Both the position numbers and the translations under genes were made by a program. A model generated the notes under the pieces. That model was not told the DNA's origin. It saw only the letters and a list, made by a program, of their open reading frames with translations, and searched no databases. Shown here one piece after another: positions 8,772 to 16,888 of a stretch of 24,000 nucleotides of DNA. The first letter of the stretch is position 1. Each line of letters starts with the position of its first letter. Origin of the DNA: Alkalihalobacillus sp. R86527 (lineage in GTDB: Bacteria; Bacillota; Bacilli; Bacillales; Guptibacillaceae); assembly GCF_042466185.1 (NCBI RefSeq), contig NZ_JAXHBW010000001.1, positions 1,610,666 through 1,634,665 of the forward strand. The letters are read 5' to 3'.

Positions 8772-8803
8772 TCTGACATTTAAAACAATGTGGAGGCTGC
8801 TAA

Positions 8804-9367
8804 ATGAAACCGATCTTATTTGATATTCCTCACGAAATCCATACAGACCGTTTGTATATTCGCTGTCCTCTTCCTGGAGATGGTCCTGCTGTTCATAAAT
8901 CGATTCAAGTGTCGAGGAGAGATTTGAAGCTATGGATGCCTTTTGCAAAAAACGAACAATCCGTTGAAGAAGTAGAAGGAAATATCAGAGAAGCTCATGC
9001 TGCATTTCTTAAACGAGAAGACCTCAGGCTACATATTTTCCATAAAGGAACAGGAGATTTCATTGGATCCTCAGGGCTACACAGAATCAATTGGGACGTT
9101 AGGAAATTTGAAATAGGTTATTGGATAGACTCGCGGTATTCTGGATTTGGGTATATAACCGAAGCTGTTCGGGGAATTACGGATTATGCGTGTAGAGAAT
9201 TATATGCGAAGAGAGTAGAGATAAGGTGTGACTCGAAAAATGCCAAGAGCAAGAGAGTCATAGAACGATTAGGTTTTCGGCTTGAAGGTATTTTACGAAA
9301 TGAGGATGTTTCGATAGATGGCAATGAATTAAGAGATACATGTGTCTATGCAAAGATAAGTGATTGA
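8804..9367 (+). CDS. GNAT-family N-acetyltransferase (RimJ/RimL-like, Acetyltransf_3 type)
   Basis: 187 aa. The N-terminal TDRLYIR motif, EIGYWIDSRYSGFGYITEAV and the C-terminal NAKSKRVIERLGFRLEGILRNE are typical of RimJ/RimL-like GNATs. A GGAGG RBS is present. Confidence 0.85.
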   Translation: MKPILFDIPHEIHTDRLYIRCPLPGDGPAVHKSIQVSRRDLKLWMPFAKNEQSVEEVEGNIREAHAAFLKREDLRLHIFHKGTGDFIGSSGLHRINWDVRKFEIGYWIDSRYSGFGYITEAVRGITDYACRELYAKRVEIRCDSKNAKSKRVIERLGFRLEGILRNEDVSIDGNELRDTCVYAKISD

Positions 9368-9452
9368 GGTAAAGTTACCCAATTCATTAAAATAGCAGGA
9401 ACAAAGCTTTATAATAAAGAAATACCATAAAAGAACTGCAAGGAGGGGACCA

Positions 9453-9887
9453 TTGGTGATTGAACGTGCAAGTGCTGAAGAAAAAGAATACATTCTATCG
9501 AATTCTATTCAATCGGTAAATGAAGGGACCACAAACCCTGGAATAATAAAAGAAGATAAAGCAATAGAGATTGTATCTTCTATCCTCGATCGAGGAGGAT
9601 ACCACCTTGTTTATCGTGATGGTGATCAAATAGCGGGATGGGTGCTTATTGGTGAGAATACAGATTATTTCACTGGCATTAAGCATGGTTTTATCTACGA
9701 TGTATTTGTTTTTCCGGAGTTTCGTGGAAAGGGATATTCGAAGAAACTAGTGCAAGCAAGTATACATGATCTAAAAGAACAAGGATTTGAAGAAATACGT
9801 TTAAATGTTTACTCATCGAATTTCGCGAAATATATCTACAAAGATATTGGATTTAAAGAAATGCAGACAATCATGGTCTACAAATAA
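9453..9887 (+). CDS. GNAT-family N-acetyltransferase
   Basis: 144 aa. Acetyl-CoA binding motif FPEFRGKGYSKKLV (R-x-x-G-x-G). AGGAGG (9441-9446) precedes TTG 9453 and GTG 9456, and either could be the start. Confidence 0.8.
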   Translation: MVIERASAEEKEYILSNSIQSVNEGTTNPGIIKEDKAIEIVSSILDRGGYHLVYRDGDQIAGWVLIGENTDYFTGIKHGFIYDVFVFPEFRGKGYSKKLVQASIHDLKEQGFEEIRLNVYSSNFAKYIYKDIGFKEMQTIMVYK

Positions 9888-9907
9888 TAGACAGGCTTTA
9901 GATCGTA

Positions 9908-9940
9908 AGCCCCTATGCGAAAGCTAGCATAGGGCTTTTC
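9908..9940 (+). terminator. Rho-independent terminator after the GNAT pair
   Basis: CCCTATGC (9911-9918) pairs with GCATAGGG (9927-9934), extended by outer pairs with a bulge, followed by CTTTTC. Confidence 0.6.
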
Positions 9941-10123
9941 TAATTTAAATAATTACAAAAATGGTTTTTATCTAGGGGACGAAATCCCTTAGATATCAAG
10001 GTTTCTAGCGCTTATCAAACAAGTACTATTAAAAATGCGGAAAAAAGTTTTGAAAAAAGTGATCCATTCTCGCATCCACTCCGTTAGCTAGATGTATAAA
10101 AAATTAAGGGGAGTGGATGAAAG

Positions 10124-11503
10124 ATGAAAACGGAAAATAATATGAAGAAAAAAGTAATCGACTGGAAAAAAGGACTATTGATTGTCCCACTAAGTTTTTC
10201 ACTATTAATGCCGACTGGTGCATTTGCAGATGATCACGGTAGTCATTCGGACAAGCCTTCAGTTGAAACGCCAGCAGCTGACCTTAGAGCTACGCTAGGT
10301 CATTTACTTAGTGAACACGCATACCTTGCAGTTGAAACGATGAGAAAAGGAGCTCAAGGCGCTAAAGATTTTGAAGCATCAGCAGGAGCACTTAGCGAAA
10401 ATACAGAAGCTTTAACAGGTGCTATTTCTTCAGTATACGGTGAAGAAGCAGGAGCACAATTTAACCAAATCTGGAGTGACCACATCGGTTTCTTCGTAGA
10501 TTATGTTAAAGCAACAGGAAGTGAAAATGAAGAAGCAAAACAGGAAGCACTTGAAAACCTTGAAGGATATAAAGAGGAGTTTTCAAAGTTCCTTGAAACG
10601 GCGACTGGTGAACGTCTTGAAGCAGAATCTCTAACAAAAGGTTTACAAATGCATATCAACCAGTTAGTAGGGTCTTTCGATAGTTATGTTGAAGGAGATT
10701 ATGAGAAAGCTTATGAACAAGAACGTGAAGCGATCGCTCATATGCATGGTGTAGCAAAAGGGTTCTCAAGTGCAATAACTGATCAATTCCCTGAGAAGTT
10801 CGATGAAACCAAAGCGGTAACACCTGCTTCAGACCTTCGTGCGACTCTAGGTCACTTGCTTTCAGAGCATGCAGGCTTAGCGATGATGACGATGCAGAAT
10901 GGTATCGACGGTTCAGAAGACTTTGAAGCGTCAGCAGCTGCTCTAAACAAAAATACAGAAGCTCTTACTGCAGCGATTGCATCTGTTTATGGTGAAGAAG
11001 CAGGAATGAAATTTAATGAAATGTGGTCTGGCCATATTGGCAACTTCGTAGAATATGTTCAAGCAACGGGTGCTGAAGATGAAGCAGCTAAGGAAAAAGC
11101 ATTAGAAGCACTTGATAACTACCGCGCAGACTTCTCAAGCTTTTTAGAAACAGCTACAGAAGGACGTCTTAAATCAGATGCATTAGCTGAAGGTCTACAA
11201 ATGCACGTGACCCAGTTAATCGGTGCATTCGATAGCTACACAAACGAAGATTACGATGCAGCTTATAATTCAGTGAGAGAAGCATACGCTCATATGTATA
11301 AGCCAGCTAAAGGACTTTCAGGAGCATTTGCTGATCAGTTCCCAGACAAATTCGCTATGAGTATGCCAACGGATATGCCTAAAACAGGTATGGGTGGTAC
11401 TGCAGAACAGCAGCTGCCGATCGAATGGATCTTAGCAGCAGTTCTTGCAACGATGGCAGCTACAGGCGTAGTGGTTAGAAGGAAATTGCAAAAAGATAGC
11501 TAA
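10124..11503 (+). CDS. Secreted acidic two-repeat helical protein with a C-terminal sortase-type (MPKTG) cell-wall sorting signal; family not recognised
   Basis: Signal peptide ...LLMPTGAFA/DD. Two gapless 177-aa repeats. C-terminus: MPKTG, a 13-aa spacer, a hydrophobic stretch (ILAAVLATMAATGVVV) and an RRK tail. An AAGGGGAG RBS lies 10 nt upstream. Confidence 0.8.
   Translation: MKTENNMKKKVIDWKKGLLIVPLSFSLLMPTGAFADDHGSHSDKPSVETPAADLRATLGHLLSEHAYLAVETMRKGAQGAKDFEASAGALSENTEALTGAISSVYGEEAGAQFNQIWSDHIGFFVDYVKATGSENEEAKQEALENLEGYKEEFSKFLETATGERLEAESLTKGLQMHINQLVGSFDSYVEGDYEKAYEQEREAIAHMHGVAKGFSSAITDQFPEKFDETKAVTPASDLRATLGHLLSEHAGLAMMTMQNGIDGSEDFEASAAALNKNTEALTAAIASVYGEEAGMKFNEMWSGHIGNFVEYVQATGAEDEAAKEKALEALDNYRADFSSFLETATEGRLKSDALAEGLQMHVTQLIGAFDSYTNEDYDAAYNSVREAYAHMYKPAKGLSGAFADQFPDKFAMSMPTDMPKTGMGGTAEQQLPIEWILAAVLATMAATGVVVRRKLQKDS
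10271..11353 (+). repeat. Intragenic tandem duplication, units 10271-10801 and 10823-11353
   Basis: By hand alignment, aa 50-226 and aa 234-410 share 113 of 177 identical positions (about 64%) with no gaps. Synonymous sites have diverged, so the duplication is old. Confidence 0.9.
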
Positions 11504-11530
11504 TGCCATTTGGCACATATACTTCATTAA

Positions 11531-11564
11531 ACAGCAATAGCCGAAGTGCTATTGCTGTTTTTTA
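11531..11564 (+). terminator. Rho-independent terminator after the surface-protein gene
   Basis: ACAGCAATAGC (11531-11541) pairs with GCTATTGCTGT (11548-11558) across a 6-nt loop, followed by TTTTTT. Confidence 0.85.
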
Positions 11565-11704
11565 ATTTGAAAACCTACTATGTAAGTTGTATTACAACAA
11601 AAATTTATTGAACAAGATATAATTATAATAGAAACAGTATTTTGTAAAACATAATTATATTATTGTAAACTAAAAGATTTTATGTACACAGCGGAGGTTT
11701 TGGA

Positions 11705-12943
11705 ATGAAATGGAAATTTATAATCGTTATAACTGCTTTAGGAATTCTTACAGCTTGTGGTAATAGTGATGAAAGCGCACCTGAGTCCGAAGAAGTACTT
11801 TCAAAAGATTGGACGGAGATTGAGAAAGATGCTGAAGGAACTGAAGTGAATTTATTTATGTGGGGAGGAGATGAAGGGGTCAATCGTTACATCGATGATT
11901 GGGCTACCCCTATGCTTAAAGAAACGCATAACATCACATTAAACAGGCAACCGATGAATACAGAGGAGTTTATGCAAAAGCTATTAACAGAGAAAAGAGC
12001 AGGAAAGAATAAAGGAACGATCGATATTATTTGGATTAACGGTGCGAATTTCAAGAATGCAAAGAATGCGAATCTTTTATTAGGATCTTTTTCAAATAAA
12101 TTGCCTAACTTCAAGAAGTATATCGGGAGTGATAATCCTTCGGAAGCGTTTGATCAGGGAACGAAAATAGATGGCATGGAAGCCCCGTGGGGAAGCGTGC
12201 AATTTGTGTTTAATTATGACTCAAAAAAGATAGATACCCCGCCTAAAACGTTTGATGAATTGAAATCTTGGATTGCTAAAAATCCAGGTAAATTTACTTA
12301 TCCTAATGTATCGGACTTCACAGGAAACACATTCGTCAAGCACCTCCTCGTAGCGAGTGCTTCAGATCGTGTCGATGTGATGGCAAAAGAGTTTAATCAA
12401 GACTTAGTTGATAAGAGTGGTGAGTATGTGTGGTCGTACTTAAATGAAATAAAACCAAATCTCTGGAGAAGTGGCAAAACGTATCCAGAGTCACTAACAA
12501 AGTTGGATACGTTGTATAGCCAGGGGGAAGTATGGATGACGATGGGATTCAACGAGGCTAGAGCGGAAAGCTTAATAAAAGATGGAACATTTCCAGAAAG
12601 CACAAAGTCATTCGTTCTTGAAGTTCCTGGCTCAATATCTAATAACCATTATTTAAGCATCCCATTTAATAGCCCTAATCCTGCTGGAGCGATGACAGTT
12701 ATTAACTTCTTAGAATCTCCTGAAGCACAGATTGCTAAGCTAGACCCAGAAATGTGGGGGGAAGGTATGGTCTTAGACTATGATAAGCTCAAGAAAGAAG
12801 ATATAAAAAAAATTGAAGCACTAAATCGTGGCGAAAGCGTTCTACCTTCAGAAAAATTAAATGATTCCAAGCTTCCAGATTTAGATACAGGGTATACGGA
12901 GTGGATTAATAATGATTGGGCAGACAAGGTTTTTGAGGAATAA
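11705..12943 (+). CDS. ABC transporter solute-binding lipoprotein (iron/thiamine/polyamine-type importer class; proposed YnjB-like)
   Basis: Lipobox LTAC at aa 15-18. 412 aa with the alpha/beta character typical of solute-binding proteins. First gene of the operon; a GGAGG RBS lies 7 nt upstream. The YnjB-family assignment rests on recollection plus gene context and is not verified. Confidence 0.75.
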   Translation: MKWKFIIVITALGILTACGNSDESAPESEEVLSKDWTEIEKDAEGTEVNLFMWGGDEGVNRYIDDWATPMLKETHNITLNRQPMNTEEFMQKLLTEKRAGKNKGTIDIIWINGANFKNAKNANLLLGSFSNKLPNFKKYIGSDNPSEAFDQGTKIDGMEAPWGSVQFVFNYDSKKIDTPPKTFDELKSWIAKNPGKFTYPNVSDFTGNTFVKHLLVASASDRVDVMAKEFNQDLVDKSGEYVWSYLNEIKPNLWRSGKTYPESLTKLDTLYSQGEVWMTMGFNEARAESLIKDGTFPESTKSFVLEVPGSISNNHYLSIPFNSPNPAGAMTVINFLESPEAQIAKLDPEMWGEGMVLDYDKLKKEDIKKIEALNRGESVLPSEKLNDSKLPDLDTGYTEWINNDWADKVFEE

Positions 12944-13796
12944 GCAGAAAACATGGTTATACTTAGCACCGGCAGTTATCGTTATTTTTTTTCTAGTGGG
13001 TTATGGGATGTGGTCGGCCGTGATTCAAAGTATACAAACTGTAGATGGCAAATGGACGATTGGGTTTTATGAGGACCTTTTTAGAAGCGAATCTTTTTTG
13101 AGGTCTGTACAGTTTACTTTCTGGATTACGGTTATCTCAACCGCTCTTTCTCTTCTTATCGGTCTTATATTGACCAGAATACTTTATCGCTTATTTCAAA
13201 AATCTTCAGTGAAGATTTTGGTGTGGATTCCAATGTTGATTCCTCACTTTGTAGCAGGATATCTTGTCTTCTTGTTTCTATCTCAGAGTGGGTTACTATC
13301 TTCATTTCTCTTTCAGTCGGGATTAATAAGTGATCGATCCATGTTTCCTGTACTTGTTCAAGATAATAGGGGGGGAGGGATTGTCTTAACGTATATATGG
13401 AAGGAAGTCCCATTTGTCATTCTGATGCTTCTCCCGGTTTACTATGAAATCGATCATCGCTATTCAGAGGTAGTAAGAACGTTAGGTGGTAGTAAATGGG
13501 ATGAATTTAAAACTGTGGAATGGCCATGGCTTCTCCCAATAGTCTTGGAAGTTGCGATCATCTTATTCGCCTTTGTTTCTACTGCTTTTGAGGTACCATA
13601 TTTACTAGGTGTTACAAGACCTGAAATGCTTCCTGTTCATGCCTATGATTGGTTTTATAATGGAGATTGGAGTAAGCGACCACTAGCCTTTGCTGCGATG
13701 ATCATTCCTGGTATCGTGTCACTTTTGCTGGCAGGGATCTCCTTCAAGCTCATTCAAAAACACAGGTTACGCCTAATTAAAGGGAGAGTACGATGA
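12912..13796 (+). CDS. ABC transporter permease 1
   Basis: Six hydrophobic helices and an EAA loop (SEVVRTLGGSKWDEFKTVEWPWLLP). It overlaps the solute-binding gene by 32 nt. GGAG lies 10 nt before ATG 12912. Confidence 0.85.
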   Translation: MIGQTRFLRNKQKTWLYLAPAVIVIFFLVGYGMWSAVIQSIQTVDGKWTIGFYEDLFRSESFLRSVQFTFWITVISTALSLLIGLILTRILYRLFQKSSVKILVWIPMLIPHFVAGYLVFLFLSQSGLLSSFLFQSGLISDRSMFPVLVQDNRGGGIVLTYIWKEVPFVILMLLPVYYEIDHRYSEVVRTLGGSKWDEFKTVEWPWLLPIVLEVAIILFAFVSTAFEVPYLLGVTRPEMLPVHAYDWFYNGDWSKRPLAFAAMIIPGIVSLLLAGISFKLIQKHRLRLIKGRVR

Positions 13797-14614
13797 GGTT
13801 AAAAGAAATTATTTGGGGGAAGAAAAGAAAGGTGATCGTTCTTATCACCTTGTTCATTTTTGTGTTATTGTTTATCCTCCCTCTCTTTGCAATCGTTGTA
13901 AAGAGTTTTGCTGCTGATTGGAAATGGCCGATTCTATTTCCTAACGAATTAGGTTTAGATGGATGGAAGGTTATCTTTTCAGATCCAGCACTAGTTGAAT
14001 CTCTCATTACAACGGTAAGACTGGGAATAATGGTAGTACTGCTAAACTTGATATTAGCTATGCCGGCAGCAAAAGCATTATCGATATATTCTTTTAAAGG
14101 GAAGTTTCTAATCGAGGCATTTTTACTATCACCTATCTTGATACCAGGCATTTTACTCGCTATGGGTTTGCAGTATACGTTGATTCAGTTTGGATTAGCA
14201 GATCGACTAAGTGGCGTGTTATTGGTTCATATGATCCCTACTTTGCCTTATTCGATACGCATAATGAGAGCAGGGTATGAACGACTTGGTAAAGGGTTGA
14301 GTGAACAAGCGGCAGTGCTAGGCTCAGGTCCAGTAGTCAGTTTTTTTACAGTATCTCTTCCACTCCTGCTCCCAAGCATTAGAAGTTTAATGCTTTTAAC
14401 ATTTGTGATTTCGCTTGGGCAATATGCATTAACAGCAATTATTGGTGGAGGAATTGTAACAACCCTGCCATTATTATACTATCCTTATTTTTCAAGCTCC
14501 AATGAAGCAGTTATCGCTGGGTTTTCATTATTATTTGCTTTACTTCCACTCCTATTTGTGGGAGTTGCAGAAATAGCATTAAGAGCGGTCATTCGGGTAG
14601 TTAATCGAATTTGA
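13793..14614 (+). CDS. ABC transporter permease 2
   Basis: EAA loop (LSEQAAVLGSGPVVSFFTVSLPLLLP). ATGA overlap with permease 1. Confidence 0.85.
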   Translation: MRLKEIIWGKKRKVIVLITLFIFVLLFILPLFAIVVKSFAADWKWPILFPNELGLDGWKVIFSDPALVESLITTVRLGIMVVLLNLILAMPAAKALSIYSFKGKFLIEAFLLSPILIPGILLAMGLQYTLIQFGLADRLSGVLLVHMIPTLPYSIRIMRAGYERLGKGLSEQAAVLGSGPVVSFFTVSLPLLLPSIRSLMLLTFVISLGQYALTAIIGGGIVTTLPLLYYPYFSSSNEAVIAGFSLLFALLPLLFVGVAEIALRAVIRVVNRI

Positions 14615-14630
14615 AAGGAAGATTACAGGT

Positions 14631-15626
14631 ATGAATGACCTTATCCAATGTAACAAATTAACGAAAAGCTATTCAGGACAATCCATTTTAAACGATGTTT
14701 CATTTTCTCTAAAAAAAGGAGAACATCTAACGATCGTTGGACCTTCCGGTTGTGGAAAATCCACTTTGCTTCGGTGCCTTGCAGGTCTTGAGTTCATCGA
14801 CAGTGGTGACGTAAAGCACAATGGACAATTGATTACGTCAACAAGACCTGAAAAACGCTCAATCGTTTTGATGTTTCAAGATTCCTTATTATTTCCTCAT
14901 CTCACAGTTATCGAAAATATAACATATGGGTTGAAAAGGACAAAAACTCCCAAAAAAGAGCGGGTAACACAAGCCCTACAAATGTTAGAAAAGGTGAAGC
15001 TTACACCTTGGAAAAACGTATATCCACATGAGCTTTCTGGTGGTCAGAAGCAGCGTGTCTCTCTTGCGAGGGCACTTGTTTTAAAACCAGACCTTCTGTT
15101 ACTAGATGAACCATTCAGCTCATTAGACGCATCACTTCGAGAATCTCTAAGGGGCGAAGTGAAGGAGATATTACGGGAAGAAAATATTACATCATTATTT
15201 ATTACTCATGACCGCGATGAAGCAATTGAGTTAGCAGATCGTTTAGCGGTTATGAATGATGGCCGATTGATTCAACAAGGAACACCGTATGATGTTGTAA
15301 CATATCCTTCTTCAATAGAAAGTGCCAGAATAATAGGAGAAGGTCTCCCTTTAGAAGAAGGGTTTGTACCTCTTCACCATGTTACAGCCGTAGGTAAGAA
15401 TGACGTCGTGCTGAATAATAAAGAATCGATATCAATCCCTGGAAAAGTAACCGCGCATACAGTGAAAAACAATTCAGTTTGTTATCGTGTTTCTTGGAAG
15501 GATGGAACGGTACTTGTTTCTTCTGAAGATGTATTAGTACCAGGACAGGATGTGCTTCTGAAGGCAGCAAGAATGCACGTTCATCCGTATGAACAAAATC
15601 TAAGTTCATGGAGCAATACTCCATGA
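14631..15626 (+). CDS. ABC transporter ATP-binding protein (PotA/FbpC/YnjD-like)
   Basis: Walker A GPSGCGKST, signature LSGGQKQRVSLAR, Walker B LLLLDEPFS, H-loop ITHD, plus a C-terminal accessory domain of about 90 aa. Confidence 0.92.
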   Translation: MNDLIQCNKLTKSYSGQSILNDVSFSLKKGEHLTIVGPSGCGKSTLLRCLAGLEFIDSGDVKHNGQLITSTRPEKRSIVLMFQDSLLFPHLTVIENITYGLKRTKTPKKERVTQALQMLEKVKLTPWKNVYPHELSGGQKQRVSLARALVLKPDLLLLDEPFSSLDASLRESLRGEVKEILREENITSLFITHDRDEAIELADRLAVMNDGRLIQQGTPYDVVTYPSSIESARIIGEGLPLEEGFVPLHHVTAVGKNDVVLNNKESISIPGKVTAHTVKNNSVCYRVSWKDGTVLVSSEDVLVPGQDVLLKAARMHVHPYEQNLSSWSNTP

Positions 15627-16276
15627 CGATTAGAGCAGTAATAAAAGGAATCATGATGGTTTGTCTGGTGATTGGAGTTTACCTGCTTAATGAGAATGTG
15701 TTTAACCTCCGACCTTCTCAACTTCGTTTGTGGATTTCATCATTTGGTCTTTATGCTCCGTTGATTTTCCTAATCGCTACGATAGGAAGACCGTTTATTT
15801 TGTTTCCAACATCGGTACTTTCGATAGCAGGTGGCCTGGTTTTTGGTCCGTATATTGGGACCATTTTAGCTGTAGTAGGTGGCTCCACTGGGGCATTGTT
15901 GTTCTTTCTAGCGGCACGAAAGCTTGGCTTGAAAGCATTGCCAGCATTCTTGCGGAAAAGAGGGGAAAGGTTAGAAAAAGGTCTTGCCGAGCAAGGGTTT
16001 GCCTATGTGTTGCTATTAAGGTTGGTCCCATTTTTGCACTTCGATCTTGTTAGTTATGTATGCGGTGTTTCTAACGTAGATAAAAAGAAATATTATCTTG
16101 CAACGTTAGTAGGCATGCTTCCTGGAGCATTAGCACTGAATTTTCTAGGTGCCAGTTTTCTATCAAACAATATTAAATCAGTTGGAATCGCAGCTATCGT
16201 CTTATTAGCTCTCCTATTAATCACATTGTATATTCGCAAAAAAGCGTTTGGAACAGAATTAGAAAAAGAAATTTAA
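15623..16276 (+). CDS. TVP38/TMEM64-family (DedA superfamily, SNARE-associated) membrane protein, YdjX/YdjZ-like
   Basis: Polytopic protein with the family-typical segments FILFPTSVLSIAGGLVFGP and LLRLVPFLHFDLVSYVCGVS. The preferred start, ATG 15623, has GGAG 9 nt upstream and an ATGA overlap with the ATPase stop. The tracked ORF starts at 15608. Confidence 0.8.
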   Translation: MTIRAVIKGIMMVCLVIGVYLLNENVFNLRPSQLRLWISSFGLYAPLIFLIATIGRPFILFPTSVLSIAGGLVFGPYIGTILAVVGGSTGALLFFLAARKLGLKALPAFLRKRGERLEKGLAEQGFAYVLLLRLVPFLHFDLVSYVCGVSNVDKKKYYLATLVGMLPGALALNFLGASFLSNNIKSVGIAAIVLLALLLITLYIRKKAFGTELEKEI

Positions 16277-16293
16277 TTGAAGGATGGTGTGCT

Positions 16294-16875
16294 GTGCTCG
16301 ATACACATGGAAGGAAGTATGTACAGCCTATCATGGACAAAACTGCAGACTGGTTTCTTAAGCTAGGTCTTAGTGCCAATCAGGTAACGATTATATCGTT
16401 TATAATTGGGGTCTCCTCAGGGGTTTTTATTTATATAGATCAACCGGTTTTAGCTGTTGTAGTTCTATGGGTTTCTGGATACCTCGATGCGGTGGATGGA
16501 ACGATGGCAAGGAAAACAAAGCCATCCGCGTTTGGAACAGTTTTGGATGTGAGTTTCGATCGTGTTGTAGAAATTAGTGTCATTTTAGGACTTGCTTTCG
16601 CATTTCCTGAATCGATGTGGGCATTGTTGTTACTCAGTACTTCGATCATATTTGCAATGACCATCTTTCTAACTGTCGGAGCTGTTTCAGAGAAACAAGG
16701 AATAAAATCATTTTATTATCAAGCAGGTGCAGCTGAACGGACAGAAGGGTTTCTATTGTTTACCGCTATGATCCTCTTCCCTAGCTACTTAACAATACTT
16801 ACATTAATATTTCTAGCAGTTGAACTATTTACAAGCTTACAAAGACTAATCGAAGCAAAAAGAATACTGTCGTAG
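16294..16875 (+). CDS. CDP-alcohol phosphatidyltransferase family protein (YnjF-like)
   Basis: Family motif LDAVDGTMARKTKPSAFGTVLDVSFD, i.e. D-x2-DG-x2-AR-x7-G-x3-D-x3-D. 193 aa and multi-pass. The GTG start has AGGA 9 nt upstream. Confidence 0.85.
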   Translation: MLDTHGRKYVQPIMDKTADWFLKLGLSANQVTIISFIIGVSSGVFIYIDQPVLAVVVLWVSGYLDAVDGTMARKTKPSAFGTVLDVSFDRVVEISVILGLAFAFPESMWALLLLSTSIIFAMTIFLTVGAVSEKQGIKSFYYQAGAAERTEGFLLFTAMILFPSYLTILTLIFLAVELFTSLQRLIEAKRILS

Positions 16876-16888
16876 AGGGGTGTTTCAT

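Noticed and set aside
9970-9994. Imperfect hairpin (ATCTAGGGGA / TCCCTTAGAT) upstream of the surface-protein gene, and a TGAAAA...CGCA stretch (about 10050-10075) that vaguely resembles an ECF-sigma promoter
   Set aside because: The hairpin has a mismatch and no T-tract. The ECF-like match fails on spacing and on the -10 element. I could not support a regulatory call.
15730-16053. 107-aa alternative-frame ORF and a 78-aa antisense ORF inside the TVP38 gene, plus similar ORFs inside the other operon genes (for example 11680-11883, 11887-12114, 13777-14151, 15382-15654, 16440-16664, 16986-17213, 17102-17350, 17986-18195, 18652-18834)
   Set aside because: They are nested in genes with clear motifs, lack an RBS and have unrecognisable, compositionally odd sequences.
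16294-16875. Whether the 193-aa CDP-alcohol phosphatidyltransferase is simply housekeeping PgsA, which is the same length in B. subtilis
   Set aside because: In Bacillus, pgsA sits in the cinA-recA neighbourhood, whereas this gene is embedded in a transporter/TVP38 operon. Its N-terminus does not look like the PgsA N-terminus I recall. This is not fully excluded without a phylogeny.
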